This document shows, piece after piece, positions 14,692 through 26,887 of a DNA stretch of 64,000 nt. A model generated the notes under the pieces. That model was not told the DNA's origin, did not search any database, and saw only the letters and a list, made by a program, of their open reading frames with translations. Within the stretch, counting starts at the first letter, position 1. Each line of letters opens with the position of its first letter. The DNA is taken from NCBI GenBank assembly GCA_030704615.1, contig CM060732.1:15810001-15874000 (forward strand), in the 5' to 3' direction. Made by a program: the position numbers and the translations under genes. The DNA comes from Takakia lepidozioides (taxonomy: Eukaryota > Plantae > Bryophyta).

Positions 14692-15221
14692 GTCCAAACG
14701 TGTAAGTTTCATCGCGCATAAGGGATTTCATCTTTTTAGTGCTTGTACCGATTACACAGAGCAACTTGTTTCTACGTGTTTAGAAGAAACTAAGTTGCAG
14801 ACACAAATTCAGCATGTTCATGATCCTTTCTTACTTCTCTTGCTTCAGGCATGTGGACTCTCTACTTACTGTATCTCTGAAATATTTTAATACGGCTCAC
14901 TTGAATAGACTATTTGGAGTTGAAGATTTGAACATAATTTGTTGATGCAGGAGGTCAAATACTATAACCGGCTTCTACACGTAATAAGAGACTTTGTAAG
15001 ACTTTGTATCTCGAGCTCAAAAGATGATTGATCCAACTACTGGATTGAATTGACCGACAACACGTCATACATGGCCATCTCAGAACCGTAATTAAACTAG
15101 CTGACCCATGTACACACCAGCCTTCCTCGTTTCTAGTTCTCCCGCCATCCCTGTGCAGCTCCTGCCACAGACCAGCTCTGCTCGTCGGTTACTTAACTTA
15201 CTTAGATCCATGGTGCCTCCC

Positions 15222-15931
15222 TTATGCTGCCTCTCGCTGCCCGATCACACTCCTCAATGGTGTCAAGTGCGGGACCCCACGTAACTGCTCTCCGTGTGCC
15301 CAGGCAAGAGCCACAGTGACAAACTGGCTGCTATCTTCACCTGCCTTCTTTGCTCGACGTCGTCGTATTGCCATGGCCTGGTTATGCTTGCAGATTAGGG
15401 GTGTCGATCCACAGAACGGGGCATGGTGCCTGATAGGCCCTCCCGACTTCAACAGTGCATGCAGGCGATTGCCATAGTCCCCCAATGCCTTGTTTGTCCA
15501 CTATACGTCATACGTTTTTTTGGCTGCAGCTTCTGCCTTTCTGATCTGAGTTGCCTCTTGTTTGTCTAATTTCTCTGCCGCCCTCTTCTCTCGTGCAATG
15601 CGCTGGTCCTCTTGTTTCTTCTCTTTAGCTGCAACTGCTTCTGCTTTGAGTCGTGCTTTCTGCTCCAGGGAATTGACGTAGTCGTCGCTAGTCATAATTA
15701 TGGATTTAGAATAATCGATCAAAACTTGTCCATCTTGAGTCAATCGCCTTCTGTTGGGTGCAGGAGCCTCTGCTAGGGTGAGGAACCGTGCTATACTGCT
15801 CGGACCCATGTATGCAAGCATTGACAGTTCCCGATCGGGGGGAAGTGGTTGAGACTCCTGGCTGCTTGCAGGGATATCCTCATCAACAATCTCATTTGTG
15901 GGCTCCTCATCGTCCTCCATCTGCACATAAT
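15222..15931 (-). pseudogene. C-terminal fragment of a probable pogo/Fot1-like transposase ORF; continues at 22869-~22990 across the LTR insertion
   Basis: Charged tail with LIDYSKSIIMTSDDYVNSLEQK and one in-frame TAG at 15501. After removing the LTR element and one TSD copy, the frame reads through as ...PETQEECMHYY|VQMEDDEE. The family call is by resemblance only. Confidence 0.5.
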
Positions 15932-16657
15932 TGTCGCGCACCTCAATTCGGTAAGCTCCCCTTCAAGTCATAGTTACTCGCTTTGATGCGCGCGCCTGAC
16001 TCCCAACCTGGCCGCCCGGGCCAACTTGGAGCTTCGGCTGCTCACCGGGACATAACGGTCCCCCTTCGCTTCCCTCTAAACCCTCCACCTATTTGGGACT
16101 AGGAGAATTCCCTTTGGTAGATGGCAGTCCGGAACAGCTCCCCACTCTTTGGTCGCTTTCCGGCTCGTTCGCTTACTCACTAGTTTTTGGTCACCAACGG
16201 GCTTGCACCGTTCTCGGGGTTACTACTCCCTATATATACTTCTGTAGCTATCCGCGGGGGTTTAATAACCAGCCATGCCATTTTATGGCGAACCACCACG
16301 AAAACCCTCGACTCCCGGTGATGAGTCGAGGTGAGTCTTGGCCCACTCACCACGGCCCCTATGGACCGTGCTGAGTCCCAAGACTCCCCACGACTCCCAC
16401 CACGAGGTCTCCGCCCCCATGGTGAGTCCTATGCCACCCCCACTAAGTCCCGCTAAGCTACCACCACCCCTTGTGGAGCCACCCCCACCGCAACCCGGTG
16501 TGCGGGGCTCCACCTAGTGAGCGCCTCCGCCTCCTTCAGTGCCTTGGACACTCAAGGGTGCTTCAGCCCCCCATACCTATCGCTGTCGCTGCCCCCACCA
16601 CAGGGGCAGCCCCTCATGTGTCCCGACCCCCTGCCCTCAAGGCAAAGGGCCGCGACA
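15932..16657 (-). repeat. 3' LTR of the chromovirus (726 bp)
   Basis: tgtcgcgc...gccgcgaca; matches 22183-22863 except about 7 substitutions (counted by eye) and a 45-bp extra segment. Confidence 0.96.
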
Positions 16658-17510
16658 CACACCCCTACCAACAGGGAGTCGATGTCCTCATCGACTTGTC
16701 GTTTTGTAGAAACGAACATCCAAGTTGTGGCGTCCTACATCAAGGAGTTTGTTTCCGTACCATGGCGTCCCATGGCAAAGAACCAAACCCCACACTTGAC
16801 TCTACTCTCCACTAGCTAGTTCGGCCGACTTCCTCCAAGTCTCGGCCAAGGGTGGAGCCTCTCAAGCTCCTCCCAGTGCACTCTTCTTGGCCTATTTCAA
16901 GGCCAAGGAACGATCCTCCTTGAGGATCGAATCACCTTACTGCAACAACATTGCTTGCGACTGCTCATGATGCCGCTTTTGGCATCACCTTGAGCAAGGG
17001 TTCACCTGGAACCCTCTTTGACTAGGAAGATAACCTTGAACCAACCGTGCGCCCCAATCACTACAATTGGGTCCGCCTTGGAATGCTGGCCTGAGGTACG
17101 GGAACACGCCGAAGCCGCACTACGACTTCGTCCCGAGGCTACACGATTATAGTACGTGAACGGAAGCACATAGCTTCCGCGTTAGCCCGCACTACAAGGC
17201 AACCCCCTCGGTAGCACAGTTATAGTACGCGTACGCGCCAGGTGCGCACTAGCACGTGAACTCCCAAAGAAGTCGCAAGTTTCCTTGCCCCTTGGATGGG
17301 GGTCACCCGATTTCGGCACTACGCAAACACACGATTAACCCAATTTACCTCTCCCACTTTTATAAGCTAGCATGCATTCTACACACTAGCCAACCATACC
17401 ATGCATCACCATTCCAAACAAAATAGGACGCACAACATTTGGAACCCAGTTCCTTTATAACAAGTTTTTTTTGTACAATACAAGTTTTTGTAATCGGATT
17501 CCTAAGCTAG

Positions 17511-20500
17511 CTACGCCGGGCTAAGCATGCATTTCCTCCCCCACGCTCCAAGGTTGATGTCCCCATCAACATTTCTTCCGCTTTGAGGTCGCCCTTCGAA
17601 AGCTGCAACCGCCTCGGATGCGTTTCCTATTTCTGAGGCACGCACCCAAGATGCCTCCACATGATGATAGCCCTTCCATTTGACGAGATACTCCATTTCT
17701 CGGTTCTTGAACCTCCTCGACTTAAGTATTGCCTCCACCTCGTACTCAGGTTCATTTTCATGATCCAACAGCATAGGTGGCGGACGCAACACTTGATGTC
17801 GATTTGGACGCGCTTCATCTTTGAAGTAAGGCTTCAAAAGGGAGACATGGAATACTGGGTGCACCCTGCTGTTTGTCGGCAGCTCCAATTCATACACATC
17901 CTCATTCATAACCTTCCGAATGCGAAAGGGTCCCGCATACGGAGGTACGAACTTCGGACTCACTTCCGGAGGTAGTCGGAAATTCTTGATGTTCAACCAG
18001 ACCTCTGTGCCTGCCTCAAACTTCACTTCCCTCCGCTTCCGATTCGTCTGCCTTTCATACCGTTTCCTAGCTTTGGCAATGTTGTACTTTGCGAGCTTCA
18101 ACAAACGCTCGTGTTCTTCCAGTACCGCCGCTACTGCCGGTTCCTCAACGTCCTGGGCGGCCCAACTTGTCGGCACCAGAGGTGCTTTTCCATAGACCAA
18201 TACGAAAGGGGAAACTCCCGTTGCGGAGTGTTCTGTGTTATTATAGCAGAACTCTGCCGCGTCTAAGTGTTCCATCCAGTCTGATTGGTCTGCCGACACG
18301 TAATTCCGCAAGAATTGCTTCACTACGGAATTCACTCTTTCCGTTTGGCCGTCCGTCGTAGGTCGGAAGGCGGTGCTCATCTTCAGCCTCGTCCCCATTT
18401 TCTTCCAAAGTATCTTCCAAAATTTACTCGTAAACTTTGGATCGCGATCCGAGACAATATCCTTCGGGACTCCATGATGCTTTAAGACGTGGGCGAAGTA
18501 AAGTCACCCTGTCTCCTGCGCCGTTGCCGTCTCCTTGGTGGGGATGAAATGGCCCATTTTACTGAACCTATCCACCACCACCATGATTGCATCGAATCCT
18601 TTTGACAGCGGCATAACAGTCATGAAATCCATCGAGACGCTTTCCCAAGTCCCCTCTGGAATCGGCAAGGGTTGTAACAGCCCCGCTTGCTTTTTGTACT
18701 CGCTCCGGTTTTGTTGGCATGTGGTGCATGTCTTGACATACTCCTCTGCCTCCTCCCTCAGTTTGGGCCAGAAATACTCTTTCTTCAAAAGTGCCGCAGT
18801 GTGCTTGGCTCCGCCGTGGCCCGCAAGCGGGCTATCATGGCATTCTCTCAAGAGGCTATCTCTGATCCCTCCCTTTAGCACGTAGAGACGTTTTTGCTTA
18901 TACCGGAGCAGTCCATTTTGCAAGTGGAACTGCGATTTAACCCCCATCCTCAAGTCCTGCATCACGGACTTCACCAGCTCATCCTTTCGGTAAGCCTTCC
19001 GGATCTTCCTTTGGAGCGCCGTCTCGCCCTTGTACACCAACAAGAGCTGCTGCTTTCTACTTAAAGCATCGGCCACCACGTTGTCTCGTCCCGGTTTGTA
19101 CTGGATATCCACGTCGAACACCGCCAAAGTATCTTGCCACCTAAGTTGTTTTGGGGACAACTTGGGCTGCGTGGCAAAATACTTCACCGTGACATTGTCC
19201 GTGAACACCTTCACTGGGTTGGAACCAACATAGTGGCGCCAAAGCTCAAGACAGTGCACCACCGCCTTCATCTCTTTTTCGTGCGTCGGCCACCGTCGCT
19301 CCACTTCATTCAGTTTCTTACTTTCGTAAGTCACTGGACGTTCATCTTGCATAAGTACACCCCCAATCGCGAAGTCCGACGCATCTGTATGAATCTCAAA
19401 TGGACGATCGAACTCCGGGATTTTCAAGACTGGAGCTTCCGCCATCCGCTGCTTCAATTCAGCAAAAGCTTGGCCACAAAATGTGTTCCATACCCAGACT
19501 TTGGATTTACACAGAAGGTCCGACAGCGGCCCCACGATCTTGGCAAAATTTCTCACATACTTCCGGTAATAGGAGGCGAGTCCTAGGAAGGATCGCACTC
19601 CCAGGACCGAAGTCGGAGGCTCCCAGTCCAAGATCGCCCTCACCTTTCTGTCATCCATTTCGATCCCATCCTGTGTAATCACATGCCCCAAGAACTCCAC
19701 TTTCGTGACCCCGAATTCGCATTTTGAAGCTTTGGCGTACAGCTTCCCTTCCCGCAACTTTTGGAACACCCTTTTGAGGTGCTCCAGGTGTTCCTCCTTT
19801 GTTTTCGAGTACACCAAGATGTCGTCGATGTACACGATCACAAAGTCATCCAACCACTCCTGAAAAAGGTTGTTCATCAGCGTGCTAAAGGTCGCCGGTG
19901 CATTAGTGAGCCCAAAAGGCATCACCAAGAACTCATATGAACCATACCTTGTCCTGCACGCGGTCTTCTCCTCATCTCCTTCCGCCACCCGAATTTGATG
20001 ATAGCCGGAGCGCAAGTCGATCTGGCTGAAATACTTCGCTCCTGCCAACCGGTCGAAAAGGTCGTCGATCCTTGGCAAAGGGTACCGGTTTTTAATAGTC
20101 ACCTTATTCAAAGCCCTGTAATCGACACACATCCGCAGCGTCCCATCCTTCTTGTCTGCGAATAGCACCGGGGCTCCGTAAGGTGACTTACTCGGCCGGA
20201 TGTACCCCTTTGACATTAGATCCTTGAGCTGAGTCTTCAGCTCGACCAACTCTCTGTGGCTCAACCGGTAGGGCGCCTTGGCAGGCGGTTCCAATCCCGG
20301 TATCGCCTCAATCTTGTGGTCAACTCCTCTTCGCGGTGGCAAGCCGCTTGGTAAATCCTCCGGCATCACATCCTGGTATTTCTCCAAAATCCCCTTGATC
20401 CAATCTGGGCTCGGCTCCCCATCGCCTTCTCCTTTCACTTCTCTAATGTAAAGCAAAAACTGGGACTCGTGTGCCTCCTCCACGGCCCACTCCTTTGCTG

Positions 20501-22127
20501 ACAGAAGGTTTATTCGCCCTCCCACGGATTTGGGCGTTTCCGACACTCGTAAAACCTCGCCACCATTCCCACATGGCAGCGTGACTACTCTCTTGCGGCC
20601 ATCTATGACCGCTCCGGATTTGCTCAAAAAGGTCATCCCCAAAATGAGATCCACTCCATCGATCTCGTAGATAGTGAAGTTCTCACGTCCCTCCCAACTC
20701 CCCAGTTGAAGAGGAACATCAAACGCCAACCTTGTCGCCAACTGAGGTTCTCCTTTGGCAGAGCGCACCTCAATAGAGGCCCCCACGTCACTTGTCGGGA
20801 GTCCCAACTTTCGCGCCGCCGCCGGCGTCATGAAGGAGTGCGACGCTCCTGTGTCCACCAACAACGACACGTTAGTTCCGGATATTATCCCATCCACGAA
20901 CAATAACTGACTCCCTTTACGTAGGGCGCCAGTTTCCTGATACAACTCACAAGAATAGTTGCCTACCTTGCAAGTCCTGGCGACCACCGCTTCCACCAAG
21001 CGACTGATTGTATCTTCCGACAGCTCCGTGGTTGCACGAGTCATGTTCAATTGTCGAGGTTTTGTGCACTTCTTGGCCATGTGCCCGGGCTCCCCGCAAT
21101 TGAAACACACTCCATCAAAGGTTGCCTTCTGTCCGCCATAAGCCGCTCCACCCGCTTTTCCTTTCGAAGCACCGGGTGCCGCCTTGACGTGTGAAGGCCA
21201 TCCCTTCAATTTCCACGTGCCATTATCGCCGCGTGGCCTATCCCACTTCTTTTCCGGTCGGAAGGAGTCACCTTCCCGCCGGGTCTTCTTGTGGTTCAGC
21301 TCCGTACGGCCTTGTCTCTCACCCCTAGGGACATCCGAGAAACATTCAGCCCTCTCAATTGCCTCGTTCAAAGTCTTGGGTGGCTTCTCCTCCAACTTCC
21401 GCCTGGCCCATGGGGCCAGTCCCGCCACAAAGTTGAAGACCATTTCTGGTTCTGCCATGTCCGCGACTTCGAGCAACAGCACATTGAAAGCCTGGACATA
21501 CCCCCGAATGTCATCTGTTTGCTTCAAATTCCTCATCTTGTCCCGGGCAAGCCAGGACGCGTTGAGGGGCACAAACTGTCTTTTCATCAATTCCTTGAAC
21601 CCACTCCAGTTCAAGGTTTTCGGACTTGGACCTCGGTCGTGAAGGCGTTTCTGCCACCATTGTTGAGCATAGCCCCTCAAATAGGTGGGAACCACTTCCA
21701 CCCGATCCTTGTCACTCAACTTGGCCGCCCGGAAGTACTGCTCTAGCTCCAAGAGCCAGGTGTTGAGTGCCTTCCGATTTCGGACGCCCTCGAAGGTGTC
21801 GGGTTCCTTAGGCTTCACCTTAAACTTTGCCTTAGCGGAAGTGGCATTAGCCGCCTTCAACACGTCTTTCAACGTCCCGCCAAACTGCGCCAACAACCCT
21901 TCCCAAAAGGCTGCCGGCATGGGAGGCATCTCTTGGTTTGTCGGAGCTCTCAAGGATTCCTCGGGCTCCGACTCCTCGGATTCCTCCCGCTCTTGGGCGG
22001 CCTCGTTTTCGGAAACATGAATCGCTTCCTCAAACGGCCGCCTCGGTGACACGCCGCCCCCATCGGGCTCACCGAGATCATCATCTTCTGGGCCGTTCCG
22101 CTTTCGCTTCGGCTTGCCCGACCCCAT
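17511..22127 (-). pseudogene. Gag-protease-RT-RNaseH-integrase-chromodomain polyprotein with one premature stop
   Basis: Zinc knuckle [14 protein letters not shown]; protease LVDTGASH; RT YIDD; RNase[20 protein letters not shown]; integrase HHCC and TDGQTER; chromodomain EYEVEAILKSR...YLVKWKGY...SW. ORFs 18504-22127 and 17511-18398 share a frame and are separated by one TGA at 18504-18506 (probably from CGA). Confidence 0.95.
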
Positions 22128-22168
22128 GATGAGGCCTATCCCAAGGACGATCGCGTACTAAACTCTAA

Positions 22169-22180
22169 GCTCTGATACCA
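22169..22180 (-). promoter_or_regulatory. Primer-binding site complementary to tRNA-iMet
   Basis: Minus strand TGGTATCAGAGC, 2 nt inside the 5' LTR end. Confidence 0.93.
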
Positions 22181-22182
22181 AG

Positions 22183-22863
22183 TGTCGCGCACCTCAATTC
22201 GGTAAGCTCCCCTTCAAGTCATAGTTACTCGCTTTGATGCGCGCGCCTGACTCCCAACCTGGCCGCCCGGGCCAACTTGGAGCTTCGGCTGCTCACCGGG
22301 ACATAACGGTCCCCCTTCGCTTCCCTCTAAACCCTCCACCTATTTGGGACTAGGAGAATTCCCTTTGGTAGATGGCAGTCCGGAACAGCTCCCCACTCTT
22401 TGGTCGCTTTCCGGCTCGCTCGCTTACTCACTAGTTTTTGGTCACCAACGGGCTTGCACCGTTCTCGGGGTTACTACTCCCTATATATACTTCTGTAGCT
22501 GTCCGCGGGGGTTTAATAACCAGCCATGCCATTTTATGGCGAACCACCACGAAAACCCTCGACTCCCAGTGATGAGTCGCGGTGAGTCTTGGCCCACTCA
22601 CCACGGCCCCTATGGACCGTGCTGAGTCCCAAGACTCCCCACGACTCCCACCACGAGGACTCCGCCCCCATGGTGAGTCCTATGCCACCCCCACCGCAAC
22701 CCGGTGTGCGGGGCTCCACCTAGTGAGCGCCTCCGCCTCCTTCAGTGCCTTGGGCACTCAAGGGTGCTTCAGCCCCCCATACCTATCGCTGCCGCTGCCC
22801 CCACCACAGGGGCAGCCCCTCATGTGTCCCGACCCCCTGCCCTCAAGGCAAAGGGCCGCGACA
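22183..22863 (-). repeat. 5' LTR of the chromovirus (681 bp)
   Basis: Direct repeat of 15932-16657; followed on the minus strand by the PBS. Confidence 0.96.
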
Positions 22864-22990
22864 ATAATAGTGCATACACTCTTCTTGGGTTTCGGGAACC
22901 ATATTGCCAATCACCTCCTCAATAGCTGGATCTGGTCTCTGGTCCTCATCTGTTGCCTGATCGTCAACGCAGTTGGTGTGATCTTCATAT

Positions 22991-25885
22991 CACATTTCTA
23001 TGAAGAAAGAGAAGGAGAAATGGAAATCCTAGAGGAACCAGCCACTGTGAGTTTACAGGATGAAGTGGTGACTGGTTGGACAATCACAGCTGATGAGCAG
23101 GTGAGGGAAGTGAATGTGGGAACTAAAGAGGAACCGAGGATGGTGAAGGTAGGAGCTAATTTGGAGCCAGAATTCTTTGAAGAAGCTAAGAGTTTGTTCA
23201 TCAAATACAGAGATGTATTTGCTTGGAGCTATGAGGATCTAAAAGGGATACCACCTGAAATCTGTCAGCATAAGATTGAATTGGAATCAGGGTCAGTACC
23301 AATCAAGCAGGCAAGGTACAGAATGAATCCCAACTACGCACAGAAGGTTGGAGAAGAGATCAAGAAGTTGGCCGAGGCTAAGTTTATATACCCAATAGAG
23401 TATACAACTTGGTTGTCACCCATTGTGATAGTTCCCAAGAAGAATGGTAAACTAAGAGTTTGTGTGAACTACAAGAAGCTGAATGCTTGTACGAAGAAAG
23501 ATCCTTTCCCTTTGCCATTCACAGAAGCAGTATTGGACACTGTGGCAGGCCATGAGATGTACTCATTCATGGATGGCTTCAGTGGTTATAATCAAGTGCA
23601 AGTGGCAGAAGAAGACCAAGGAAAGACAGCTTTCATCAGAGACTGGGGTGCTTATGCATACAAAGTCATGCCCTTTGGACTTTGTAATGCACCAGCAACC
23701 TTTCAGAGAGTGATAAGTGAATCTTTTCATGAGTATCGGGATGATTTCATGCAGGTGTTCTTGGATGATTTCAGTGTGTACAGCTCTAAGAATGAGCACT
23801 TGCATAAATTGGAGTTATGTTTGGCCAGATGCAGGATGAAAGGTCTGGGCCTGAATCCAGAGAAGTGTACTTTCTGTGTGAACTCAGGGGTGCTTCTGGG
23901 ACACATTGTGTGTAAGAGGGGACTTCTTGTGGATCCCAGGAAAACAGAGGCCATTAAAGCCTCTCCACCACCAGTGAATGTTAAGAGTCTAAGGAGATTC
24001 CTTGGACAAACCAGCTATTACAGAGGATTTGTCAGACGGTATGCACAGATAGCAGCACCATTGAGCAAACTTCTGAAGAAAGATGCAGTGTTTGCATGGA
24101 CACATGAATGTCAACAGGCTTTTGAGGAACTTACATTGTCAGTAACAACTACACTTGTGCTGATTAATCCTCACTGGCAGGAAATATTTCATGTTTCACT
24201 GTGATGCTTCTGGAGAAGCACTAGGAGCAGTGTTAGCCCAAAATGTTACAGGAAGGATAGATTCACCTGTGTACTATGCTAGCCGATTGATGAACAATGC
24301 CGAAAGAAATTATAGCACAACGGAAAGAGAAGCATTGGCAATGATCTATGTAGTGAAGAAATTCAGGCATTACCTGTTGGGCAAGAAGTTTATGTTCTAT
24401 GTGGATCACCAGGCTCTGATATACCTGGTAAACAAACCTCTGATAAGCGGAAGAATAGCAAGATGGTTGATAATCTTGCACGAGTTTGAGTTCGAGGTTG
24501 TTTACAAGCCTGGGAGGCTGCATCTTGTGGCGAATCACTTGTCACGGTTATCAACAGGAGAACCAGCCACGGGAGTAGATGATCAATTACCAGATGCGAG
24601 TCTATTTGCAGTGGAGGTGCAGGGAAGTGCAGATGACTGGTTAGATTGGCAGTGGCCAATCAGATACTACCTTGTTCATGGTCAGTGCCCACCAAGTTAT
24701 GGAGAGAATTGTTATCAAGGCTCTACCTTACACTATGGTAGGGAGCAGAATGTATAAGCTAGGACCAGATGGAGTGCTGAAGCGATGCTTATACCACCAT
24801 GAAGTTAATAAAATTTTGGAGGAAGTTCATAAAGGAGTGGCAGGAGGTCATTTTGGAGAAGAGACTACCAGAAGGAAGATACTACATGCAGGTTACTGGT
24901 GGCCTACTTTGTTCAAAGATGTACACAAGTATTGTCAGAGTTGTGATGAATGTCAGAGGCTAGGACCTTTGCAGAGACCTGGGAAGATGGCTTTGCATCC
25001 TACAATGCCTACGGAACCATTTCAGAAATGGGGACTAGACTTTGTTGGACCAATTAACCCACCAGCCAAGAATACACGGAACATGTACATAATTACAGCC
25101 ACTGATTATACTACGAAGTGGGTGGAAGCTAAAGCTTTGAGGGACAACACAGCCAAGTCCACAACAAGGTTCCTGTATGAGAACATACTTACACGATTTG
25201 GCTGTCCCTTGGAATTTATCAGTGATCAGGGAAGTCACTTCATTAATGAGACCATTGAATTATTGACTAAAAAATTCATGATTGTGCATAGGAAAAGTAC
25301 AACATATTATCCACAGGGTAATGGACAGGCAGAGGCTACCAACAAAATACTATGTACTATCTTGGCTAAGATAGTCAATGCAAACAGAACAGATTGGGAT
25401 ACAAAGCTGCTGACAGCTTTGTGGTCATACATGACTTCATATAAAGTCACCACTAAGTATACACCATTCCAATTAGTTTATGGTATGGAAGCTTTACTTC
25501 CAATGGAATTCCTGTTACCTACCATGAGAACGGAATGGGGAAAGAGAATGGAATTGCAAGATTCAATTAAGGTCAGGAAACATGAATTTATACCATGTGG
25601 AAGAAGTACGTGCTGATGCAGCTGATAACATGACCAGAATTCAGATGAAGAGAAAGGAACAGTTTGATGAAGGCAAGATAAAGAATTTTAAGACGGGAGA
25701 TTTGGTTCTCTGGTTGCAGAAGAAGGGGAAGATTAAAGCTTCTAAGCTTAAATCACCATGGAAATGACCTTACGTCATACAGAAGATGTATGATAACAAC
25801 ACCGCCATGTTACAAACCATTAACAAAGAGATGCTGGGAAGAGTCAATGCCAATAAGTTGAAGGGGTACAGTGGTATCATGACAA
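22991..25885 (+). pseudogene. Frameshifted RT-RNaseH-integrase pol
   Basis: RT RYRMNPNYA...WLSPIVIVPKKNGKLRVC...FMDGFSGYNQ...VFLDDF; RNaseH DASGEALGAVL...YSTTEREAL; integrase GGHFG...CDECQR, WGLDFVG, SDQGSHF, PQGNGQAE. Frameshifts near 24195, 24680 and 25580, plus a stop at ~25765. Confidence 0.92.
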
Positions 25886-26009
25886 ACCATTGCAGCATGA
25901 TTTGCATGTTGAAACGCAAAAGCAGTCACGGGCTGCGCCAGTGATACCAACGGAGTATGGAGCACTTATCGCTAAGCCGAGCATATATGACCAAGGCGGG
26001 CAGAACAAG

Positions 26010-26222
26010 AGCGACACAGCCTATCACGGCCCATCACGGCGTGACACAGCCTATCACAGCCCAGCACGGCGCGACACAGCCTATCACAGCCTAGCAAGGC
26101 GCGACACAGCCTATCACAGCCCAGCACGGCGTGACACAACCTATCACAAACTACCACAGCGTGTCACAGCCTATCACAGCGTACCACAGTATGACACAGC
26201 CTGTCACAGCTCAACACAGCCT
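26010..26222 (+). repeat. Tandem ~30-bp repeat (gcgacacagcctatcacagcccagcacgg), about 7 units
   Basis: Visible in the DNA and as RRDTAYHSPA repeats in ORF 25890-26402; a related acacagcc array lies at 30360-30490. Confidence 0.9.
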
Positions 26223-26887
26223 ACTAGGGTTACACAATCCATAGAATCAGTGACAGGTGGACGCATGATAACTTCAGGGAAATGGCCGGCGGAAGAAAGG
26301 ACGGAAGCCAGTTTAGAAATGGACACGTGGAAGTCAGGGCACAACACACAGCTGAGAAGGAAGTGCAAGAACATGTGTCATCAAGAAAGAGGACAAGAAT
26401 GACCGTCAAAATACCTACTTAGCACGTCAATTCGGATGAATGGCGGGCCCATTAATGAATACGGAAAAAGGGCAACAGAACAAACGGCAAGTGCAGAAAA
26501 GCGAAATTCTTGTCACATGTGCTATTCTAGTGGACAGGCCAGCAGGGAAAGTCCACTAAAGAAAATTAAATCTAAAATCCAATCGCAGCGGTTACAGCCA
26601 ATCGAAAGCCAGAAAAGGGATCAAGAAATTGGAGGGAATTTAAGCGCAAGAGTCGGCGTCGTTCTAAGTAACGGGCGTCTCGACGGGACAAACCATCAAT
26701 GCTATAGCTTTGAAGCTATGGAGGAACTAACAAACTATACGCTCACAATATTACTTACGCAGTGGCATAGGGACAGAAGAACAGAGCGAATCTTTTCTCT
26801 TAATCGATGCTTGCAAGCCCCGCAGGCTTACAAGAAATTACCCATAGCTTTTTGTGGCAACCATACGTTTATGCTTTGTGCCCTGCA

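Larger units (their letters stand above)
15932..22863 (-). mobile_element. Full-length Ty3/gypsy chromovirus, Galadriel-like; recent insertion
   Basis: TG..CA LTRs at 15932-16657 and 22183-22863; 5-bp TSD ataat at 15927-15931 and 22864-22868; tRNA-iMet PBS tggtatcagagc; purine-rich tract before the 3' LTR; single gag-pol frame with chromodomain. Confidence 0.97.

Noticed and set aside
22582-24204. 540-aa ORF as a real gene with a transmembrane N-terminus
   Set aside because: It is a chimera of antisense LTR, antisense pogo-like remnant and truncated RT.
25872-25879. tggtatca as a PBS
   Set aside because: Only 8 nt, inside the integrase tail, and not preceded by an LTR end.
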